Positions 28,786-32,000 of a stretch of DNA of 32,000 bases are shown here, piece by piece. The DNA comes from Formosa sp. Hel1_33_131 (GTDB lineage Bacteria > Bacteroidota > Bacteroidia > Flavobacteriales > Flavobacteriaceae): positions 750,001 to 782,000 of the forward strand of contig NZ_CP017260.1 in NCBI RefSeq assembly GCF_001735745.1. Direction: 5' to 3'. The translations under genes were made by a program, and so were the position numbers. The notes under the pieces were generated by a model. The model was not told where the DNA came from. It saw nothing but the letters and a program-made list of their open reading frames with translations, and searched no databases. Positions within the stretch are counted from its first letter, which is position 1. Every line of letters starts with the position of its first letter.

Positions 28786-29391
28786 TTATTTAGAGTAAAG
28801 TTCAACGATAAATTGCTCGTTGATTTGTTCTGGTATTTGAATTCGCTCAGGAATAGAAACATATGTTCCAGATTTCGTGTCATTGTTCCAAGTAATCCAC
28901 TCATAAACTACTGAAGAGTTTGATAAAGCAGATTCGATAGTTTCTAATGATTTAGATTTTTCTCTGACAGCAACGATATCGCCAGCTTTCAAAGAGTAAG
29001 AAGGAATGTTTACGATTCCGCCATTTACTGTAATGTGTCTGTGCGATACTAATTGTCTAGCTCCACTTCTAGAACGAGATAATCCCATTCTGAAAACAAC
29101 ATTATCTAATCTAGATTCACATAGTTGTAAAAGCACCTCACCAGTAATACCACGTGAAGCGGTTGCTTTCTTAAACATGTTTCTAAATTGCTTTTCTAAT
29201 ACACCGTAGGTGTACTTAGCTTTTTGCTTCTCCATTAACTGGATTGCATATTCAGACTTTTTACCACGACGTCTGTTATTTCCGTGTTGTCCTGGAGGGT
29301 AGTTTCTTTTTTCAAAAGATTTATCTTCTCCGAAGATTGCTACGCCAAACTTACGGGCGATTTTTGTTTTAGGACCAGTATATCTTGCCAT
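28786..29391 (-). CDS. rpsD: 30S ribosomal protein S4
   Basis: 201 aa beginning [16 protein letters not shown], with an S4 RNA-binding domain ([10 protein letters not shown]). Confidence 0.97.
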   Translation of the reverse strand: MARYTGPKTKIARKFGVAIFGEDKSFEKRNYPPGQHGNNRRRGKKSEYAIQLMEKQKAKYTYGVLEKQFRNMFKKATASRGITGEVLLQLCESRLDNVVFRMGLSRSRSGARQLVSHRHITVNGGIVNIPSYSLKAGDIVAVREKSKSLETIESALSNSSVVYEWITWNNDTKSGTYVSIPERIQIPEQINEQFIVELYSK

Positions 29392-29481
29392 TTCGTTTTG
29401 TTTTTGAGAGTGATTGTGAATTAAGGTCTTAAGCTTATCCTTCGACAGTCGTTGATCTCTCGTTTATACTATTAAAATAAA

Positions 29482-29865
29482 TTAAACTCTTCTTCGCTTT
29501 GGAGGTCTACATCCGTTGTGAGGAGTAGGAGTTACGTCAATGATTTCAGTAACTTCAATTCCGCTGTTGTGTAAAGAACGTATTGCTGACTCTCTACCAT
29601 TTCCAGGGCCCTTAACGTATACTTTCACTTTCTTAAGACCTGCTTCTTTTGCAGGGCCAGAAGCGTCCTCTGCTGCTAATTGTGCAGCGTAAGGCGTATT
29701 CTTTTTAGAACCTCTAAAACCCATTTTTCCAGCTGATGACCATGAGATCACGTCGCCTTTTTTATTGGTTAATGATATGATAATGTTATTAAAAGAAGCT
29801 GTTACGTGTGCTTCCCCCGTAGATTCTACGATAACTTTACGTTTTTTAGTACTTGACTTTGCCAT
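29482..29865 (-). CDS. rpsK: 30S ribosomal protein S11
   Basis: 127 aa ending with the canonical S11 C-terminus [13 protein letters not shown]. Confidence 0.97.
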   Translation of the reverse strand: MAKSSTKKRKVIVESTGEAHVTASFNNIIISLTNKKGDVISWSSAGKMGFRGSKKNTPYAAQLAAEDASGPAKEAGLKKVKVYVKGPGNGRESAIRSLHNSGIEVTEIIDVTPTPHNGCRPPKRRRV

Positions 29866-29876
29866 ATTACTAATTA

Positions 29877-30251
29877 TTATTTAGTTACTTTTTTCTTGTT
29901 CGCAACTGTTTTTCTTCTACCTTTTCTAGTTCTTGAATTGTTCTTCGTACGTTGTCCACGTAAAGGAAGACCCGCTCTATGGCGAATTCCTCTGTAACAA
30001 CCGATATCCATTAAACGTTTAATGTTTAATTGAATCTCAGAACGAAGTTCTCCTTCAATTTTAAAAGTTCCAACAGCATCACGAAGTCTTCCGATTTCTT
30101 CATCGGTCCAATCGGATACTTTAGTACTTTCATCAACTTTTGCTTCCGCTAAAATTTCTTTAGCTCTACTTCTACCTATTCCATAGATATAAGTTAAAGA
30201 GATTACTCCTCTTTTTTGTTTTGGGATGTCTACCCCTGCAATTCTAGCCAT
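29877..30251 (-). CDS. rpsM: 30S ribosomal protein S13
   Basis: 124 aa beginning [10 protein letters not shown]...LTYIYGIG, canonical for S13. Confidence 0.97.
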   Translation of the reverse strand: MARIAGVDIPKQKRGVISLTYIYGIGRSRAKEILAEAKVDESTKVSDWTDEEIGRLRDAVGTFKIEGELRSEIQLNIKRLMDIGCYRGIRHRAGLPLRGQRTKNNSRTRKGRRKTVANKKKVTK

Positions 30252-30253
30252 AA

Positions 30254-30370
30254 TTAACCTTGTCTTTGTTTGAACCTAGGATTCTTTTTGTTTATAACGT
30301 AAAGTCTTCCTTTTCTACGTACGATCTTACAATCTACGCTTCTCTTTTTAATGGATGCTCTTACTTTCAT
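30254..30370 (-). CDS. rpmJ: 50S ribosomal protein L36
   Basis: Too short for the ORF track. Hand translation of the minus strand gives [38 protein letters not shown] (38 aa) plus TAA. Lies exactly between infA and rpsM. Confidence 0.95.
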   Translation of the reverse strand: MKVRASIKKRSVDCKIVRRKGRLYVINKKNPRFKQRQG

Positions 30371-30384
30371 CTTTTTACTTCTTG

Positions 30385-30600
30385 TTAGTATCTATAAGTT
30401 ATTCTTGCCTTAGATAAATCGTAAGGACTCATTTCCAGTTTTACTTTATCACCTGGTAGTAATTTAATGTAATGCATACGCATCTTACCAGAGATATGGG
30501 CGGTCACAACGTGACCATTTTCTAATTCTACTCGGAACATCGCATTTGATAATGCTTCGATGATGCTTCCGTCTTGTTCTATTGCTGCTTGTTTTGCCAT
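30385..30600 (-). CDS. infA: Translation initiation factor IF-1
   Basis: 71 aa S1-like OB fold with [25 protein letters not shown], canonical for IF-1. Confidence 0.97.
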   Translation of the reverse strand: MAKQAAIEQDGSIIEALSNAMFRVELENGHVVTAHISGKMRMHYIKLLPGDKVKLEMSPYDLSKARITYRY

Positions 30601-30615
30601 GTAGTTATATTGAGC

Positions 30616-31971
30616 CTATTGAACTGCTTTTCTATTTTTACCTGTTTTCATCAAGCCATCGTAGTGTTTGTTCAACAAGTATGAATTTACTTGCTGCATG
30701 GTGTCGATTGCAACTCCCACCATAATTAATAATGAAGTTCCTCCAAAGAATAATGCCCATCCTTGTTGGATATCCATCAAGCGAACAATGATTGCTGGAA
30801 ACACAGCAATAAGTGCTAGAAACATAGAACCCGGTAGGGTGATTTGTGACATTATTTTATCAAGGTATTCTGAGGTTTCCGAGCCAGGTCGAATTCCAGG
30901 AATAAATCCTCCACTTCGTTTTAAATCATCAGCCATCTTATTGGTAGGCACTGTAATTGCTGTATAGAAATAAGTAAAGACAATGATTAAGAGTGCAAAC
31001 GCAATGTTGTACCATAAACCAAACATACTATTTCCAGCAAAATTAGCAACCAACCATTGACCGACGGTTGAATCTTTTAAGATATCAAGACCTCCTAATA
31101 AACCTGGTACAAACATAATTGCTTGTGCAAAGATTATTGGCATTACTCCAGAAGCATTAAGCTTTAGAGGAATGTATTGTCTTGACCCCATGATGTTTTT
31201 TTCGTAGCCACCAGAAGCGGTACGTCTTGCATACTGAACTGCTATTTTTCTTACGGCCATGACTAACATGATCGACGCTAAGATAATAACAAACCATATG
31301 ACAAGTTCAATTAAAATTTTGATTAATCCTCCTTGAGATTGATTCACAGCAGAGTCAAATTCTTGTGCGAATGATAATGGCATGTTTGCAATAATACCTA
31401 CCATAATCAAAAGTGAGATTCCATTACCAATACCTTTGTCCGTAATCTTTTCTCCTAACCACATTGCAAAAACACAACCGGTTACTAGTATTACTATAGA
31501 AGAGAAATAAAACACTCCACCTTGACCTAAAGTGAAAGCTTGTGTACCGCCCATAAGCGCAGGAAGACTTGTTAAGTAGGCTGGTGCCTGTACTAAACAG
31601 ATCCCAATTGTTAACCAACGGGTGATTTGTGTAATTTTCTTTTGACCACTAGCACCTTCTTTCTGAAGTTTCTGAAGATAAGGAATCGCAATTCCCATCA
31701 ACTGAACGACAATAGAAGCCGAAATGTAAGGCATAATCCCTAATGCAAAAACCGAAGCTTTTGCGAAGGCACCACCTGTAAATGCATTTAAGAGTCCAAG
31801 AAGTCCTGAGTCCGTTTTGGATGCTAAAGATCCTAACTGTGAAGCGTCAATTCCGGGAAGCACAACTTGTGCTCCAAAACGATATACTAGCAACAGACCT
31901 AAAGTTAGAAGAATTCTATCTTTAAGTTCTGTAATTTTCCAAACGTTTTTTAATGTCTCTATAAATTTCAT
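30616..31971 (-). CDS. secY: Preprotein translocase subunit SecY
   Basis: 451 aa with 10 TM segments. N-terminal LKDRILLTLGLLLVYRFG and the GIMPYISASIVVQL motif. Confidence 0.97.
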   Translation of the reverse strand: MKFIETLKNVWKITELKDRILLTLGLLLVYRFGAQVVLPGIDASQLGSLASKTDSGLLGLLNAFTGGAFAKASVFALGIMPYISASIVVQLMGIAIPYLQKLQKEGASGQKKITQITRWLTIGICLVQAPAYLTSLPALMGGTQAFTLGQGGVFYFSSIVILVTGCVFAMWLGEKITDKGIGNGISLLIMVGIIANMPLSFAQEFDSAVNQSQGGLIKILIELVIWFVIILASIMLVMAVRKIAVQYARRTASGGYEKNIMGSRQYIPLKLNASGVMPIIFAQAIMFVPGLLGGLDILKDSTVGQWLVANFAGNSMFGLWYNIAFALLIIVFTYFYTAITVPTNKMADDLKRSGGFIPGIRPGSETSEYLDKIMSQITLPGSMFLALIAVFPAIIVRLMDIQQGWALFFGGTSLLIMVGVAIDTMQQVNSYLLNKHYDGLMKTGKNRKAVQ

Positions 31972-31982
31972 TTGTTGGGGTG

Positions 31983-32000
31983 TTATAGGGTTACAACTTC
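31983..32000 (-). CDS. rplO: 50S ribosomal protein L15, last 5 codons only (gene continues past the window end)
   Basis: The minus-strand frame reads ...E V V T L TAA, ending 11 nt before the secY start. The call rests only on conserved spc-operon order (rplO-secY), because the fragment is too short to identify by sequence. Confidence 0.4.
   Translation of the reverse strand, partial: EVVTL

Noticed and set aside
29420-29445. The AAGCTT-centred palindrome (AAGGTCTTAAGCTTATCCTT) in the rpsK-rpsD spacer, considered as a regulatory hairpin.
   Set aside because: The inner arms UAAG/CUUA abut with no loop, so they cannot fold as a hairpin. Only the outer AAGG/CCUU 4-bp pairing remains, which is too weak to call.

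Overview
This window looks like a core-genome segment of an AT-rich Bacteroidota chromosome, probably Flavobacteriia-like. The evidence is the protein sequences, exact TAnnTTTG -7 promoter boxes and the absence of Shine-Dalgarno motifs. It is almost fully coding, with 34 protein genes and no rRNA, tRNA, CRISPR, transposase, integrase or phage-like content. Layout, left to right: (1) the 5' half of the dcw cell-wall/division operon on the minus strand (mraZ-rsmH-ftsL-ftsI-murE-mraY-murD-ftsW-murG-murC', 1..10428), with junctions that are overlapping, abutting or at most 4 nt apart. (2) A 332-bp divergent control region containing a triplicated GTGG repeat that I interpret as the MraZ operator. 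(3) A mixed housekeeping block: alpha/beta hydrolase, engB, a phosphatase-family lipoprotein, an MlaEF-like ABC pair, a DUF389 membrane protein, a mannose-1-P guanylyltransferase, a SprT-like protein and argS. (4) Two tandem guanidino-group-modifying enzymes (DDAH-like and CtlX-like) downstream of gltA, then eno, carA and an orphan secreted protein. (5) The distal end of the ribosomal spc/alpha cluster (rplO'-secY-infA-rpmJ-rpsM-rpsK-rpsD-rpoA-rplQ). rpmJ, the murC fragment and the rplO fragment are missing from the ORF track and were added by hand translation. I found no convincing novel multi-gene system such as a defence island, mobile element or biosynthetic cluster, and the region reads as ordinary and conserved. 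The leads most worth a second look are the MraZ operator/promoter geometry, the gltA-linked DDAH-like/CtlX-like pair, the PASTA domain on FtsI, the AT-rich orphan secreted gene between carA and rplQ, and the long untranslated spacers flanking rpsD. All functional calls rest on motif-level recognition by eye; no database search was possible.
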